This document shows, piece by piece, positions 1 through 13,775 of a stretch of DNA of 64,000 nucleotides. The stretch lies in contig NC_057711.1 of assembly GCF_004010195.1 (NCBI RefSeq), positions 81,717,238 to 81,781,237 on the forward strand, in the 5' to 3' direction. This stretch comes from Chiloscyllium plagiosum. Its lineage: Eukaryota. Under the pieces are notes generated by a model. That model saw only the letters and a program-made list of their open reading frames with translations, had not been told where the DNA came from and made no database searches. Within the stretch, counting starts at the first letter, position 1. Each line of letters begins with the position of its first letter. The position numbers and the translations under genes were made by a program.

Positions 1-1100
1 GTGGAGGTCAGGTTTTCCCTTTCTATATGGCTTATGTGCCCAACACTGAACTAGGGAACAAAACTGTGATTACAATCTTCAGCAGTTGTATTCTGCAATA
101 ACAGTTCTAGTTCTGTTCATAATGTTCCTTGGCTGAGTACAAACAAGGCTTGCAGTATTCAGCTACGTATCCATTACGTAACATTCAGTAGCTGACAGTT
201 TTTGGGGAGCATGCCTAAAGCTTTCCTGAATGCACTAGCTGCTTGGCACAGGTATGTACACATTTTTATAATGGAATGAATAGTGAAAAGAATGTAACTC
301 CTTATTCTAACTAGCTTAGTAAAAGCTAAGCATATAAGCATGAAATTCTATCAGTCAGAGTCTGGAGTTTATTCTATATTGGTGACATTCTGTATTTCAT
401 GAATATGATAATACAATATAATCTAAATGACGAATTAAAAGTGTAACAACTATAATAAGTTCACAGTTCTCTCATCAATTAGCTTTTAAATTACTATATT
501 TCCATCTAATTTTGATAATCTTAATTTGTTATAAAACATCCCCTGGACTCTAGCAATAAGTTGACAAATGCTGGTTGATCAACAATGAGTGGCTCATTCC
601 TGAAATCGTAAATGTCTATTTACCTCAGGTGTATGCTGTAATCCTCACTATTCAGCTGACTGTGCATTTCTTACTCTTTCATTGGATGTGAATATCACTG
701 AGGCCAATATTTATTACCCAATTCTATTGTCTTTAATAAAGTTGTGGTGAATTTGAGAGTGTTCCAGGCTTTTGATCCAGCAATGATGAAGACACAGCAG
801 TACAATTTCAAGCAAAATATGTGATTATAAAAATCTTGTAAAAGATCAAGTCTAGTTCCTATCTATCTGTTCCCTTTGTCAATTTTGATGATAGTCATGG
901 GTTTAGAAAATGTACCAGCTCACCAAGGTGTTAACAACACCACTCTAATCCATGACCACTAGCATTCAACAATATTGCAGGAATATATTCCACTTCAAAT
1001 TCCATTTCAAGTCCACACAATTAGATCCCAGGAAATATAACAATTCTCTCATTATCATTCTGAAATTTCCAACATAACATCAATGCAAGAACTTGCACCG

Positions 1101-1411
1101 GGGCGGCATGGTGGCACACTGCTGCCTCACAGCGCCAGAGACCTGGGTTCAAATCCCGCCTCGGGCAACTGTCTGTGTGGAGTTTGTACATTCTCCCCGT
1201 GTCTGCGTGGGTTTCCTCTGGGTGCTCCGGTTTCCTCCCACAGTCTAAAGATGTACAGGTCAGGTGAATTGGCCATGCTAAATTGCCCATAGTGTTAGGT
1301 GAAGGGGTAAACGTAGGGGAATGGGTTTGGGTTGGTTGCTCTTCGGAGGGTCAGTGTGGACTTGTTGGGCGGAAGGGCCTGTTTCCACACTGTAAGTAAT
1401 CTAATCTAACC
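1101..1411 (+). mobile_element. HE1-type V-SINE
   Basis: tRNA head (ggttcaaatcc), V domain tgtgtggagtttg..ggtttcctccca, CR1-like tail gggcctgtttccacactgta, (TAATC)n end. Confidence 0.92.
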
Positions 1412-2073
1412 TAAAAACTTCAACTTAACAAGGACATCTGCAACTTTAAACAATGGAGTTTGAGTAATAAATGTTGCTTGCATTAAATCTCTGGAGAGTC
1501 TCTTCTTTTATTCCATGTCTCCAATATAGTTCTATACTTGAAGGTTACTTCATTGGCTGAAAAAACAAGCTTCACGATATTCTAAAATAGGAAAGTAAAT
1601 TTATAAATGCACTTGTAATAGGTGCATAATTATGAGATCTTCCTCACTGTGAATTTGATGCTTTCATCCATTCAATCCCAGATTCAAATCGAAATCTTCT
1701 GAAGATCGTTCCTGAGAATGACGCATCCACTTTCAAAATCATAACCTGTTACCACTCAGATTCCTTTTCCCTTGTTAATATTCCATATCTACTTGGTGGT
1801 TTGCAGCACAGCAATGGGATATTTGAACACTCTATATAAAGCCTCATGTTTGCAGAAAATACTAATTGGAATGCACAAAATCAAAGTGATTTATAAAAGG
1901 AAAATCACATAATGAAAAGGAAGCTTTAGAAAAAATGCGCAAGATTAAAGTACATGAATTGGTGATAATATACTGAAATAGCTGGAGAATTGGTTTGCAG
2001 TTAGAACTCTGAAAGTAGAAATAAATGGCTCTGTTTTGATGTGGAAGCTGGTGAACGTGGGGACACTGTGGGG

Positions 2074-2198
2074 AATTGAATTGAATTGAATTTATTGTCA
2101 CGTGTACCGAGACACAGTGAAAAGCTTTGTCTCGCGAGTAATACACACAGATCACTGAGTTAAGTAGCATTGATAAGTAAATAATAGGTAAAAGGCAG
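2074..2198 (-). mobile_element. 3' end of a non-LTR element with AATAAA and a (TTCAA)n tail (Rex1/Babar-like)
   Basis: attgaattgaattgaatttattgtcacgtgtacc; clade assigned from tail type only. Confidence 0.55.
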
Positions 2199-2279
2199 GA
2201 TCAAGTTGCAGAGAGTGTGGTGTAGTCCGAGATCACTAAGTTTAATAATCAGTCTCAAGGGGATAATAGTATTGATGAT

Positions 2280-3710
2280 TGGGGATCAATGATTGGGTCT
2301 CAGCCATACACAATATATATCAATGATTTGGCTGAGGGAATCAAATGTAATTTTTCCAAGTTAGCTGACCACACAAAACTAGGGAGAATTGTGAATGGTG
2401 ACAAGGTGAAGAAAATTTAAAGAGGCTTCAAGGCCATTTAGACAAGTTCAGTGGGTGGGCATGCACATTGCAAATGCAGTATAAAGTGGATAAGTGTGAA
2501 GTGGTCCATCTTAGTGGGCAAAACAGAATGGTAGATTATTCTGTAAAGAATGATAGAATGGGAAACATTGATATTTATGGGGACCTGAGTGGCTTTATGA
2601 ACAGATTGCTGAAAGAAGCATGCAGATGCAGCAAGCAGTACAGAAGCCAATTGGCATATTGGCCTTTATTATATGAGGGTTTGAGTACAGGAGCAAGGAA
2701 GTCTTACTGCAGATATTCAGGACTTGATAGTCATAAGCAAACCGGTAAATATAATATGTTTGGATTTTGAAAAGGCATTCGATAAGGTACCACACATGAG
2801 GCTACTTAATAAGTTCAGAGTCCATGGTGTTGTCAGTAGTATACTAGCATGTACAGAGGATTGACTAACAAGTAGAAGACAAAGTGTTGGGTTAAGGGGG
2901 AGTTTTCAGGATGACAACTTGTAACTTGAGGAGTGACACAGGGATCAATGCTCAGGCCACAATTATTTACAACATATGTCAATATCTTAGATGAGGGAAG
3001 TGATTTTGCTATCGTCAGGGTTGTAGATGACACAAAAATAGGTGCAAAGGCATGTGTTGAGGATAATACAAAAAGTTTAGAAAAGAACAAAGCTAGGTAA
3101 AGTTCGTAGGACAAAAATTTGGACAATGGAAAAAGAAATTAGGAAAATGCGAGGTTATGTATTTTGGCAGAAAGAGTAGAGGAATTGATTATTATTTAAA
3201 TCGAGAAAGACTGTACTGCAACACAGAGGGAGTGCTCATACATTAATACAAACTTGGTGGCTAATAGGGAAGGCAAATAGAGTGTTAGCTTTTATTTCAG
3301 CGGTAATGGAGTATAAGAATAGGGACATCTTGCTAAAAAAAATACAAGGCACTAGCGGAACTGCACCCAGAATAAGGTGAACTGTTTTGACTCCCATATC
3401 AAAGGACAGATACACTAGCATTTGAGGCTAGAGAATGTTCACTCAGTTGATTTTGAGTATGGAAGTATTTTCTTATTGTGAGAGATTCAGTAGGCTGAAC
3501 TTGTATTCATTAGAGTTTAGAAGAATAAGAGACGGTTGTATTGAAATATTTAAGATCCTGAGGGGGTTTTACCAGGTGAATGCAGAAAGATTGTTTCCAC
3601 TTGTGGGAGAGTTAAGTTATTTCAGAGGGAAGGATCACCCATTTAAAACAGAGGTGAAGTGGAATTTCTTCTGTCCAAAGAGATTGAGTCTGTGGAATTT
3701 TTTACCAATT
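2280..3710 (+). mobile_element. old CR1 LINE RT/3' fragments (two pieces)
   Basis: decayed KLADHTKLG, DKCEVVHL, AFDKVPH and LYSLEFRRIR motifs. Confidence 0.8.
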
Positions 3711-4771
3711 TGGTTTCTGAATGAGCATTTTGATTTCTCACACAGGCTGTTCCAATGTTAATGCTATATTACAATGAAATATTTATCAACCTTTGGTCAT
3801 TATTTTAATCACTCTTCAAGCAGCAGTTTCTTTTTACTTCTCTGATCATCCACTTCAACATTTTATCTTCATTTCTAATTGGCCTCTCGATAATAATTAG
3901 AAACAAAAACCATGGACAATCTATTTGAACTCAATCTGTTACATTTACAAATAAATTAAAAGTGAAATAATATAATGCATACATTTCAATAACATGTATA
4001 TTCTTGGTGTCAAAGAGAGAAGGGAGTGGGTTTTTCACATTTTAAGTTTTTAGAAAATCCATTTGGTACTTAAAAACGAAAATGTTTCAAAATTCAAACT
4101 TTTTTTGTATCTATTATTGTCTGAAAAAGCTATATAAGGCACTTATAGTTAGTAATTGAAGTGTCTAAATGGATGTTATGACTGTTGTGGGTCAAAGGAA
4201 AGGCATAGCACCATGGAGATGCACTGCTATTTATCAGTGTGTGACACAGAAGCCTGGAAGATTGAGTGCAGCAGCGTTTCTTGAATGGAGGCTGGGAGCA
4301 AATCAAAAATTTCTGATTATGTTTAATATTCAAGCAGGACTGTTTCATATAACAATTTTGGAGCCATTTAATAATTGTTGAACCAGATAAGTGCATATTT
4401 GTCATATCAGAATTAAATGATGGTTTAGAGAATCAATTTTCCCATCTCTTTTATTTTTCAACAAATTAAACTCAAAATTTACTAACTCCATTTTCATATT
4501 TAGTGGTCCCTCATAATGGGACATCTGAAGCTGTAGCTTACTTAGTTTATGCATAAATTCAGCACAGACATGAGAGGTGTAATTATGTGGTCAGAAGTCA
4601 GAATAGTGCATTCTAGTATCAACAGAAGGAGGTTCAATTAAGTGTTGCATTCTTTGGAAGCGAGTGATAAAAAACAGAGGGTGGAAGGTCTGTTTGTGCT
4701 GGTGCTACAAGTAGCGCAGTGCTGAAGAGGGACTAACAGATTTGTGAGTATGAGCCTTGCCTTGCCTGTTC

Positions 4772-5475
4772 TGATGTGCAGGTGCCAGTGTTGGACTGGG
4801 TGGACAAAGTTTAAAAAAATCATACAACACCACCAGGTTATAATCTAACAGGTTTATTTGCAACTACAAACTTTTGGAGCGCTGCTCCTTCAACAGGTGG
4901 CTAGTGGGGCACAATCATAGGACACAGAATTTATAGTAAAAGATCAAAGTGTCATACAACTGATGTAATGTATTGAACAAACCTAGATTGCTGTTAAGTA
5001 TTTAATCACTTAGAATGAGGATGCAGGTTTCGATTAATTAATATGTAAATCCCAGAACTTCTTTCAAATCACAGTCCCGAGATAATTTAAGGTTTTTTGA
5101 AAGAAAGGTGACATCTCAGCTCAGACGATGCTTTAAAGTTATAAGGTTAGAATCTGTCTGTATGCCAACTTTGAGTCAGACTGGTTCTATTTCCAAAGTA
5201 GGAATTTATAAATTGTCACATTGACTGACTGTCTACGGATTGTATGCATTTTGAACAAAATAGAATGTACATACAAATGCAAATTCACCTCATATGCCTG
5301 TGTGCGTACATGTGAGGGAGAGAGAGTGCATGTGTTTGTGTATGTGTGTGTGGGAGAGAGAGTGTGTGTGTGCATGGAGGAGAGAGAGAGACTGTATGTG
5401 TTCTTGATAGTGTGATGGAGTATATGTCCGTGAGAGGGTGTGTGTGTGTGTATGTGTTGTGTGTGTGTGAGAGAG
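4772..5475 (-). mobile_element. longer family B PLE 3' region with TG/GA microsatellite
   Basis: same terminus and decayed hammerhead as 44059; the body 5' of the ribozyme is homologous to 20470-20670. Confidence 0.65.
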
Positions 5476-6689
5476 AAATTCTCGTTTTTCATTGATAGAT
5501 CATGAAGGGTTAATAAAATTACTTATAAATAGTAAACCATGTAGCAGAGCTTAACAACATTTTGATTGCAGGAATGCAAATAGTTTGAGCCACCCTAGAA
5601 CCAAAGATAGTATCACCATGGTAATAGTTGTGAAACAAGTGAGTGAAGCCATAGTAACAAATTGAAAGCCACATCCTAGAGATCTAAGACAGAGAAGAGC
5701 ATGTCCTGTACACAACCATGCACGGAAACAGATTAAGAACATTCCAGGTCTTTAAAGTGTCAACATAGTTAATATGCCTTCAACTTCAAACAATTTGAGT
5801 TAATGCTTTACAAAGTGTACAGACTTTAAGGATATAAATTAAATGATATTGTTTTTAGGAACAGGTGTTTACAGAAATCTTTTGCTACCTTGGGAGAGAA
5901 AATTCAGTTCAATGTTGTTTTGTACAATTAGCATCTTGGTATGTTATGTGATAGTAAATAGGCAAAACAAACTTAGTCATACAACAGTTTGACAATGTTG
6001 CTGCCCCTTTAAATACCAGGGCAAGCTGTAGGTATTATTAATTAACTTTCAGAAGTGAACCATTTGTGTGTGTCCAAACTGTACGTCATTCATGTTGGCA
6101 CCAAGAAAGAAAAGTATGTGTTTTCCCACAGTTGTGGATTAAAATGTTAATATAACACACAGCGTGATACTTTGAAAATGTCAGGTTGAACAAAACGACA
6201 AAAAGTTCTGGCCAAACGATGCACAGATAAAAATGCCTGCATAAGGACTGCATAAAAACTACCTAAATAGCCTTTCACATTGGGAAAAGATTGTTTAATT
6301 AAGTATATAACTGACCTATGCCTACATATTCAAATTGTCACACTATTTTTAAAGTCATTTGATATGGTTATTGCGTAGGGTGGATTTTCTCAACCCCTGA
6401 TCAATGTTGTTAGTAGGGCGTCATTGTGAGAATGTGACTAGATTGGAAAAGTTAGATTTTTGATGTCAAATTAAAGTCGTAGAGTATTAGAAATAGTCAG
6501 CACAGAAAAAGGCCTTTCATCCCATCACATCTGTGCTGATCAAAAACAAGCACCTCATATAATCCCAATTTTCAGCACTTGTTCTTATTCTTATGTTTGA
6601 ACATCAAAACTTTGTTTTCATACAGAACAGTGAGAGTGCTAAAAACAAAATCCTGAGAGTGGCACTAACCACTGCGAAGAGGCTCAAGT

Positions 6690-7090
6690 TAAGCTTTCAA
6701 CTATATTTCCACAATGTCACTAAAATTGTTCGTTTAGCCTCCATAACTGCCTAACTTCCCCATTACCTCATCTTATCTGCAATTGAACCATTCATTCATG
6801 CTCTTACTACCTGCAGACTTGACAATTCGAACGCATTCCAGGTTGATCAATGGTCTGTAAACTTGAAATCATCCAAAGTTGTGCAGCCTGTATCCGAATT
6901 TATCACCAATAGGTTTACTGGCGTTTGGATGAGCAATACCATAATTTTAAAATTCCTTACCTTTATTTCCAAATCCTTCTTTGACTGCCTGCTCCCTATC
7001 TCTATAATTTCCTCCAACCTTATTGGTCCTTTGAGTTACTCAGTACCCACTAACTCTGCCCTCTTGTAAGTCTGCAATTTTAATCACTTC
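6690..7090 (+). mobile_element. L2 LINE fragment
   Basis: EPFIHALTTCRLDNSNAF matches the L2 motif LIHAFVTSRLDYSNALL. Confidence 0.65.
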
Positions 7091-8689
7091 AACCAGTCTT
7101 CCTTGATGATTTGCTGATTTACTGTTCTAGCACACAAGAATATTAATGGCCTTTGCTCTTTTTTGGCGTCTTCAACTTCTTCTTCAGGTAGTTCGAAGGA
7201 TTTCCCCATGTGCAGGTCAAAATGATTGCAAATGCATGACCGAACATTAAATTTTGAGACTCAGCTAAATTGCAAGATAACTGTAAACCTATGCAAACCC
7301 CATTAACCTTAGTTTAGAAATATTGACTTTTGCACTGATTTAGGCTGTAAAGCTTCCAATTTCTTTCCTATATTGTTTCATAGATTGTAGGTATCGCTAG
7401 CAAAGTTAGTATTTGTCATCCAATCCTTAATTACCCTTGAACTGAATGGTAGAGCAGTTAAGAGTCAACTCTATTGTTGTTTGGAAACATGTAACCAGAC
7501 CGTGTAAGGATGGCATCAGGCTTTCTCTGTGATTCATAAGTTGACCACTTTGTTTTGACAGTACCATTGCTATCTGAAGATGATAAACTATTGGGAAGAT
7601 GTAGAGGATCAATCTGCAGGTAAACTATAGAGAAATACTACTGTTATGGAGTAGTTGAACTGGGGACTTTATCTATCCAAATATAGACATGGCATTGGTG
7701 GTATTAAGGTGAGAGAGGGGCAAATGTTACTAGATTGTGTTCAGGAAAATTTCCTAAAGTGATATGCGTGCAGTCCAACTAAAAAAATTAAAATGTTGAA
7801 CCTAGTTGTTGGAAATGACATAGAAGAAGGAGATCAATTGTCAACAGGGGAATTGCCTGAGGTTGGAATCAAACCAAGATTCCCTGGTGCTGTGAGGCAA
7901 CAGTGCTAACCACTATGCCACCATACCACCATGGATGTCCAAGAGCCTTGCAAGGTAACAGATGTTACCTACACAACCTCAGATTTCTGAGAGCTGGGAG
8001 GAAGCGCTGACAAGGTTGCCTCCTGCACCGTTCACCAGTTCAGATAATGACTCCCTCAGTGGGCAAGTCAGGTTTTGAAAGTTTTGGGAACGCATGTCGG
8101 CGGAGCACAGAAAGACGTGCGAGCCATAGAATGATGCCTTAGAGAATGGTAGCAAGACAGATTTCTTAATTCACTTATCGGGGCTTGTGAAGCACTGGCA
8201 AGCCTAGTTGTTGTTCATCAAAAAAACTGCTTTTGAACGGAGTATCTGCTAGGTCATTTGAGGTCAGTTAAGAGTCAACTATATTAGTATGGGTCTGGAG
8301 CCACACATAGAGGGTCAGGGGAATTAATGAACCAGATGGGATTTTGCAACAGTCAGTGATATTTCTCATAGTCACCATTTCTGAGACTAGCTTTATATTT
8401 CAGATTTATTCATTGAAGTTACATTCTACAAGTTGCCATCATGAGATTTGAACCTATTTCCCTAAAGTAGTAGCCTGGTGCTCTGGATTAATGCTACGCC
8501 ACCATCTTCCATGCAAGATGTCTGGGAGCTAGTGAGGAAAAGACTGTGTCCATTGAGGGAGGCCATCACCAGTTCCCACACAATGCTGCTGGACAACGTG
8601 CGGTTGATGGACCTGGTGGGCAGTCAAAGCCACGAGTATCAGTGTAACACTGAATTTCTATGCATCTGGCTCCACCCAGACATCTGCTA

Positions 8690-9228
8690 TGCAAGACCAC
8701 TTTCAAAATACTGCATACAGTTTTGGTTGCCTTTCTATGGGAAGGAGAGGGTACAGAAAAGATTTACAAGAATGTTGCCTGGACTGGAAGGTTTGAGTTA
8801 TAGGGAGAGGCTGAATAGGATGGGACATTTTTCCCTGCAGCACTGGAGGCTGAGGGGTGACCTTATAGAGGTTAATTAAACTATGTGGGACATGGTTAGG
8901 ATGAATTGCCAAGGACTTTTTCCAATGGTAGGGAGTCCAAAACTAGAGGGCATGGGTTTAAGGTGACAGGGGAAAGATTTAAAATGACCTGAGGGTAACT
9001 TTTTTATGCAGAAGGTGGTGTGTGTGTGGAACCAGCAAACAGGGGAAATGGTGGAGGCGGGTACAATTAGAACATTTAAAAGGCCTCTGGATGGGTATAT
9101 GAATAGGAAAGGTTTAGAGGGATATGGACCAAGTGCTGCCAAATGGGACGAGGTAAGATTGGGACATCCAATTGGCATAGACAGGTTGGACTGAAGGATC
9201 AGTTTTCGTGCTGTATGATTCTATGACT
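8690..9228 (+). mobile_element. CR1 3' fragment
   Basis: YCIQFWLP..ERVQKRFTRMLPGLEGLSY; ends gattctatgact. Confidence 0.9.
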
Positions 9229-9418
9229 GTGGATGCTGGGATCCGAAACAAAACAGAAATTGCTGGAGAAGCCTAGCAGGTCTGGCAGCATCTGTCGGAA
9301 GAAAGCAGAGTTGATGGTTTGAGACCAGTGACAGAAGACTTACCAGACTCAAAACACTAACTCTGCCTTCTTCCCAGACCTGCTGAGTTTCTTCAGCAAT
9401 TTCTGTTTTTTTTTTCAG
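9229..9418. mobile_element. fold-back PLE-derived element, family C
   Basis: arms aaacagaaattgctggagaa...cagagtt / aactctg...cagcaatttctgtttt with a decayed centre. Confidence 0.7.
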
Positions 9419-10223
9419 TCAGCATTTTGTTTTACCTCCCAATGAAAGTTATAGCCTGAGATGCTATGTTGCTGCAAAGCTGTGGTATTAAGGTATCTTG
9501 CCATTTTACTAGCCAAATACAGTGAAAATCATGATGTTGTGCTTCGCTTAGATATAGGAACTAAACACATCAGAAAAATATTGGATTTGTCCATACAATG
9601 TAAGTTTTAACTTTTAACATCATGATAATTCTTTATGATTGTTGAATGATCTTGCTAATACTGAAAATGAACATTTACAAGTCTCAATTGTTCAGAAATT
9701 TAATTTTATTTTTTCTATGTCTCTCTCAATACAAACTATCTTTTCAAGACCTATCTTGACATTGAATTCACTTTTCCAATTTACATTTTCATGTTTGGAC
9801 TCTGCATTGCCCATTACTGCTTCTTCAATCAGAAAGATATAAATTGCTTGTGCTATCCACACAGGCCTGAGATGCTCCAATGAACACCACTTTTGCTCTA
9901 TAATTACAGCAAGTATCAGCACAAAGTCTTATTGAAATTTATGAACAAGAAGTATAATGAATGGCTGAAATCCCATTCATTACTCACAGTAACATCAAGC
10001 CAATTCTAAAATGCAAAATTGCAACATTGGTACCTCCTCGAATGGAAATATTATAGGTCATGTCATTGTAAAAAAAAGTAGTGGTGGAGCCTAACGTTCA
10101 TGTCCTGAGTCACAATCTGATAAATGTTAACTCCCACATTAGGAAGTGAGAATTCATAAAGTATAGCACGGTAGTATTCATAAAGTATAGCACGGTAGAA
10201 ATCACAACTAACAAAGGAAACTT

Positions 10224-10229
10224 TTTATT
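10224..10229 (-). terminator. candidate polyadenylation signal (AATAAA) of the LRR gene
   Basis: AATAAA on the minus strand 10 nt after the stop codon; usage cannot be verified from sequence. Confidence 0.45.
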
Positions 10230-10239
10230 TTCAGCATCC

Positions 10240-10357
10240 TCAATTTGTGACAGTACTAAGTGGAAAATCGTGGTGCAGTTTCACTTGTTTGTTCACATCT
10301 TGAATAGCCTTCAGATTATGGATAGAGTGGCAGCCGTACAGATGAAGCAACTTCAGT
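10240..10357 (-). CDS. LRR protein terminal coding exon
   Basis: ttgtttttag| acceptor; phase-2 entry matches the previous exon; LKLLHLYGCHSIHNLKAIQDVNKQVKLHHDFPLSTVTN then TGA at 10242-10240. Confidence 0.9.
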
Positions 10358-10867
10358 CTAAAAACAATGAAAAAGGATATGCAAAATATGGCATTAAATA
10401 CATGTGAATAAACTGTGTTTACAGTGATTAAACTCAGACTGATACTATCAAAATCAACTCAATGACAACATGTTTATTCATTAAAACAATGAACTGGAAT
10501 CCTTGTGTAATATGATGTCTAATGCAAATACAAGAAATTCCAGGGATCAGGCCTAAATGGAAGCCTGAGCCTCAAAAGAAACTGTTTACATTTTCAAACT
10601 TTGGCTTTCACTTTCAGTTCCATCACAAATAGAACTGATTCTGAGCAGGAAAATTACAGTAAATGATCCTAAAAGTAATAAACAAAACAGAGGTGAAACT
10701 ATGCAGCATTACATTTCTTCCAATTTTTATGTTAAGGCATTATACCTTTCCTCCCCTTTAGGGGTTCAGATAACAATGTCCATCTACAAGATTGGACCTG
10801 ATCAGGTGAATAGCAATTGCATAACAGCTGGCCAGGATTATGTTTCATGAAACCCAATATCTATGAT

Positions 10868-10994
10868 GTTAAAAGTCACACAACACCAGGTTATAGTCCA
10901 ACAGGTTTAATTGGAAGCACACTAGCTTTTGGAGCGACTCTCCTTCATCAGGTGATTGTACACCCCAGTCCAACACCGGCATCTCCAAATCAAG
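10868..10994. mobile_element. partially inverted PLE-derived element, family B
   Basis: same arm plus tail as 44059; TSD aatatctatgat at 10856-10867 and 10995-11006. Confidence 0.8.
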
Positions 10995-11210
10995 AATATC
11001 TATGATCATCACCTTCTCCTATAGGCGTGGATGTCATTGGGGATGAACAACAAAAATTATGGCTGCAAATCTGGATTCTATCACACAGTAGCACAATAGG
11101 TTATAACACATGTGCTGCACCACCCTCATTATTTTTGGGATGTTTAAATAACAGCATGTTATGAAGATAAATTCTAAGCAAAATTATTTAATTAAAATTT
11201 TCATACTTAC

Positions 11211-11321
11211 CGTCTGCAGTTTTTACATAACTTTTTAATGGTATCTTCAGTAATTTCTTTGCAAAAACTGAGTTTCACACATTCTAAGTTTTGATTGCAG
11301 TAAACAGCCAGTAGACAAATC
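11211..11321 (-). CDS. LRR protein internal exon
   Basis: ccaacctag| acceptor and ACG|gtaagt donor; 111 nt, phase 2 to 2; ICLLAVYCNQNLECVKLSFCKEITEDTIKKLCKNCR. Confidence 0.9.
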
Positions 11322-12107
11322 CTAGGTTGGGTAAAAGGATGAAAATGTACCAGTGCAGTCAATATGTTTAATTGTCTAGAAATTAATTTATACAGTTGAT
11401 TGCATGCATGTCCAAGAGAGCTGGGAGCCAATTAACTAAACTGAAGGCCTTGACACAATGAACTTCAGCAGCTAATAAAGCAGTTTATGATGTTACGACA
11501 CAGGGTAAACCCCTCTGTTAATTTAAACCTCCCTTACAGAAAAGGTTCACTCCGTGCTGTAATTTGTTAAGACTAGAGCATCAAAGAACTATCTCAAAAG
11601 TCAGTGTTTAAAGTAAAACTTAACAACTTTTTTTAAAGTCTAACAGAGAATAATTAATTAACAACTATTTCCAACTCCTTTCTCTCAACCTAATTTTTAC
11701 CTTGCCCTCTACAATACTGGTCCAATAAAATCCCAATTACGATTTACAAAAAAAAAGTCACATTTCAAATCCAGTCAGCTTTGCCGAGCGTCCTTTGTAG
11801 ATTTTCCTCTGTCTTCTTTTCTTCTTTTTAGGGAATTTACTTCACAGGTCTTAGATAGCTAAAGGTACCTTTAAGAGAGCAAATCTTTCTGCAATCAATA
11901 GCTGTTGGTACTAGCTACTCTGGGTAACTGTTCAAAATGTCTGATATTTATGCCCCAAAACATCAGATTGTTTCATTGGTTTTAATATTGTCAAAATACT
12001 AATTTCAAACTTGATTGGAGTTTCCTATCTTGGGGCATAATTTAAACTGATTGGCCGAATTTGAATTTGGTTTTGTATCCAGGCAAGCCAGCTACTCTAG
12101 CTGTTCA

Positions 12108-12314
12108 TGTGTTGCTGGAAAAGTGCAGCAGGTCAGGCAGCATCCAAGGAACAGGAGAATCGACGTTTCGGGCATAAGCCCTTCTTCAGGAATGAAGAAG
12201 GGCGTATGCCCGAAACGTCGATTCTCCTGTTCCTTGGATGCTGCCTGACCTGCTGCACTTTTCCAGACACACATTTTCAGCTCTGATCTCCAGCATCTGC
12301 AGTCCTCACTTTCC
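12108..12314. mobile_element. fold-back PLE-derived element, family A, inserted in a solo LTR
   Basis: inverted arms; TSD actctagctgttca at 12094-12107 and 12315-12328. Confidence 0.85.
12157..12193 (-). ncRNA. minimal hammerhead ribozyme motif (family A)
   Basis: minus strand AUUC-CUGAAGA-A-GGGC(UUAU)GCCC-GAA-ACGU-C^GAUUC; core intact, helix I has a U.U mismatch. Confidence 0.7.
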
Positions 12315-13004
12315 ACTCTAGCTGTTCAACCAAGTGTTATGTTGTTACCTTCTTCTGGACTCTCTGTGCTTCTCTAAGTCCTTGCTAGCTCTTCCACTGT
12401 CTTAAAGGTAAAGTACCCCTTACACTTTCATAACAATAATGTCCAAATTAAAATAAAATGCATTGGCTTATTGATGATAATATACTTGAGTTACTCATTA
12501 TAATTCATTTATTGGGTGAGGTTGACTCTCGGCAAAAGGTTAAAGTCAACCCAATGACATTTTGCCAGTTTAGGATATTAGCAGTGTATATGCAATCCTA
12601 GAAAATCTAGTATTAATAGTGTGAAGTTAGAGTCAAATTCATAATGCCATATGATACTATGTATATTAAGAATTCACACCACATGATTATAAATAACTAA
12701 TATTTCAAATTCAACAATTGATAATATAATATAACAAATAAGTAGTATCTTGTCATGCATTCAAAGCAGCGATCCAATTTCCTGATTCTGAGTGTTAATA
12801 ACTGCCTGACTTCAAGAATGACACTTTCTTTCTAGTGGTGGGATAGCAATGAGGTAAGATGTCCTCCCATCCATCTAAAATTAGCAGCACCCTCACCCAT
12901 TATCCTATGAATGGGATCATTCATGAATAAGTTCCCAATAAGATCTCTGCCAACACACAGGGCGCTGCAGCAATCTCAAGCCAAGAGTCTAAAGAAGTTC
13001 ATTT

Positions 13005-13775
13005 ATTGGAGTTTAATATAGATAAGTGTGAGGTCTTGCATTTTGGAAAGTCAAATTAAGGTAAGAGTTTCATGGTGAATGGGAAGGCCTTAACGAGTGT
13101 AGAGGTACATAGGGACCTTGGTGTTCAGATTCATAGTTCTCTGAAAGTGGAGTCACAGGTAAACAGGGCAGTGAAGAAGGCTTTTGGAACACTGGCCTTC
13201 ATCAGTCTGTGCATTGAGTATAGAAATTGGGAAGTTATGTTGTAGTTATACAGGACGTTGATGAGTCCGCACTGAAGAGTATTGTGCTCAGTTTTGGTCA
13301 CCTTGCTATAGGAAGGATGTTGTTGAACTGAAAAGAATGCAGAATAAATTTACAAAGATATTGCCAGGACTCAAAGGTCTGAGTTATAGGGAGAGGTTGG
13401 ACAAGCTAGGACATTTTCTTTTTGAGTGTCGGAGACTGAGATGGGATATGACAGAAGTCAGAGAGGCATGGATAGGGTGAATGCACTCAGTCTTTTTCCA
13501 GGAGTTGGGGAATCGAGCACTAGCGGGCATCAGTTTAAGGTTAGAGGGGAAAGAATAAAAGGGAACCTGAGAGGCAAATTTTTTTTACACAGAGGGTGCT
13601 ATGCATATGGATGGTTGCCAGCAGATATGGTTGAGGCCAGTACATGAACAACCTTTAAAAGGCATTTGGACAAATACATGGATAGGAAAGGTTTAGAAGG
13701 ATATGGGCCAAATTCAGGGAAATGGGGTTAGCGTAGGTGGACACTTTGGACCAGTTTGAGCTAAAGGGCCTGTCG
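13005..13775 (+). mobile_element. CR1 3' fragment
   Basis: DKCEVLHFGK through GHQFKVRG and the CR1 3' UTR. Confidence 0.9.

Larger units (their letters stand above)
11491..12435. mobile_element. solo LTR (Gypsy-like)
   Basis: termini TGTTACGA...TCATAACA are inverted with TG..CA; flanks atga/ataa look like a degenerate 4-bp TSD. Confidence 0.65.

Noticed and set aside
1862..2010. Possible further exon of the LRR gene
   Set aside because: The gene already terminates at 10240, and the translation here shows no LRR pattern.
12108..12314. Hairpin elements as MITEs, pre-miRNAs or CRISPR-like repeats
   Set aside because: Arms are asymmetric with one fixed 3' end, TSDs vary in length, single-arm copies exist, and there are no spacers or cas genes. 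This fits retrotransposition.
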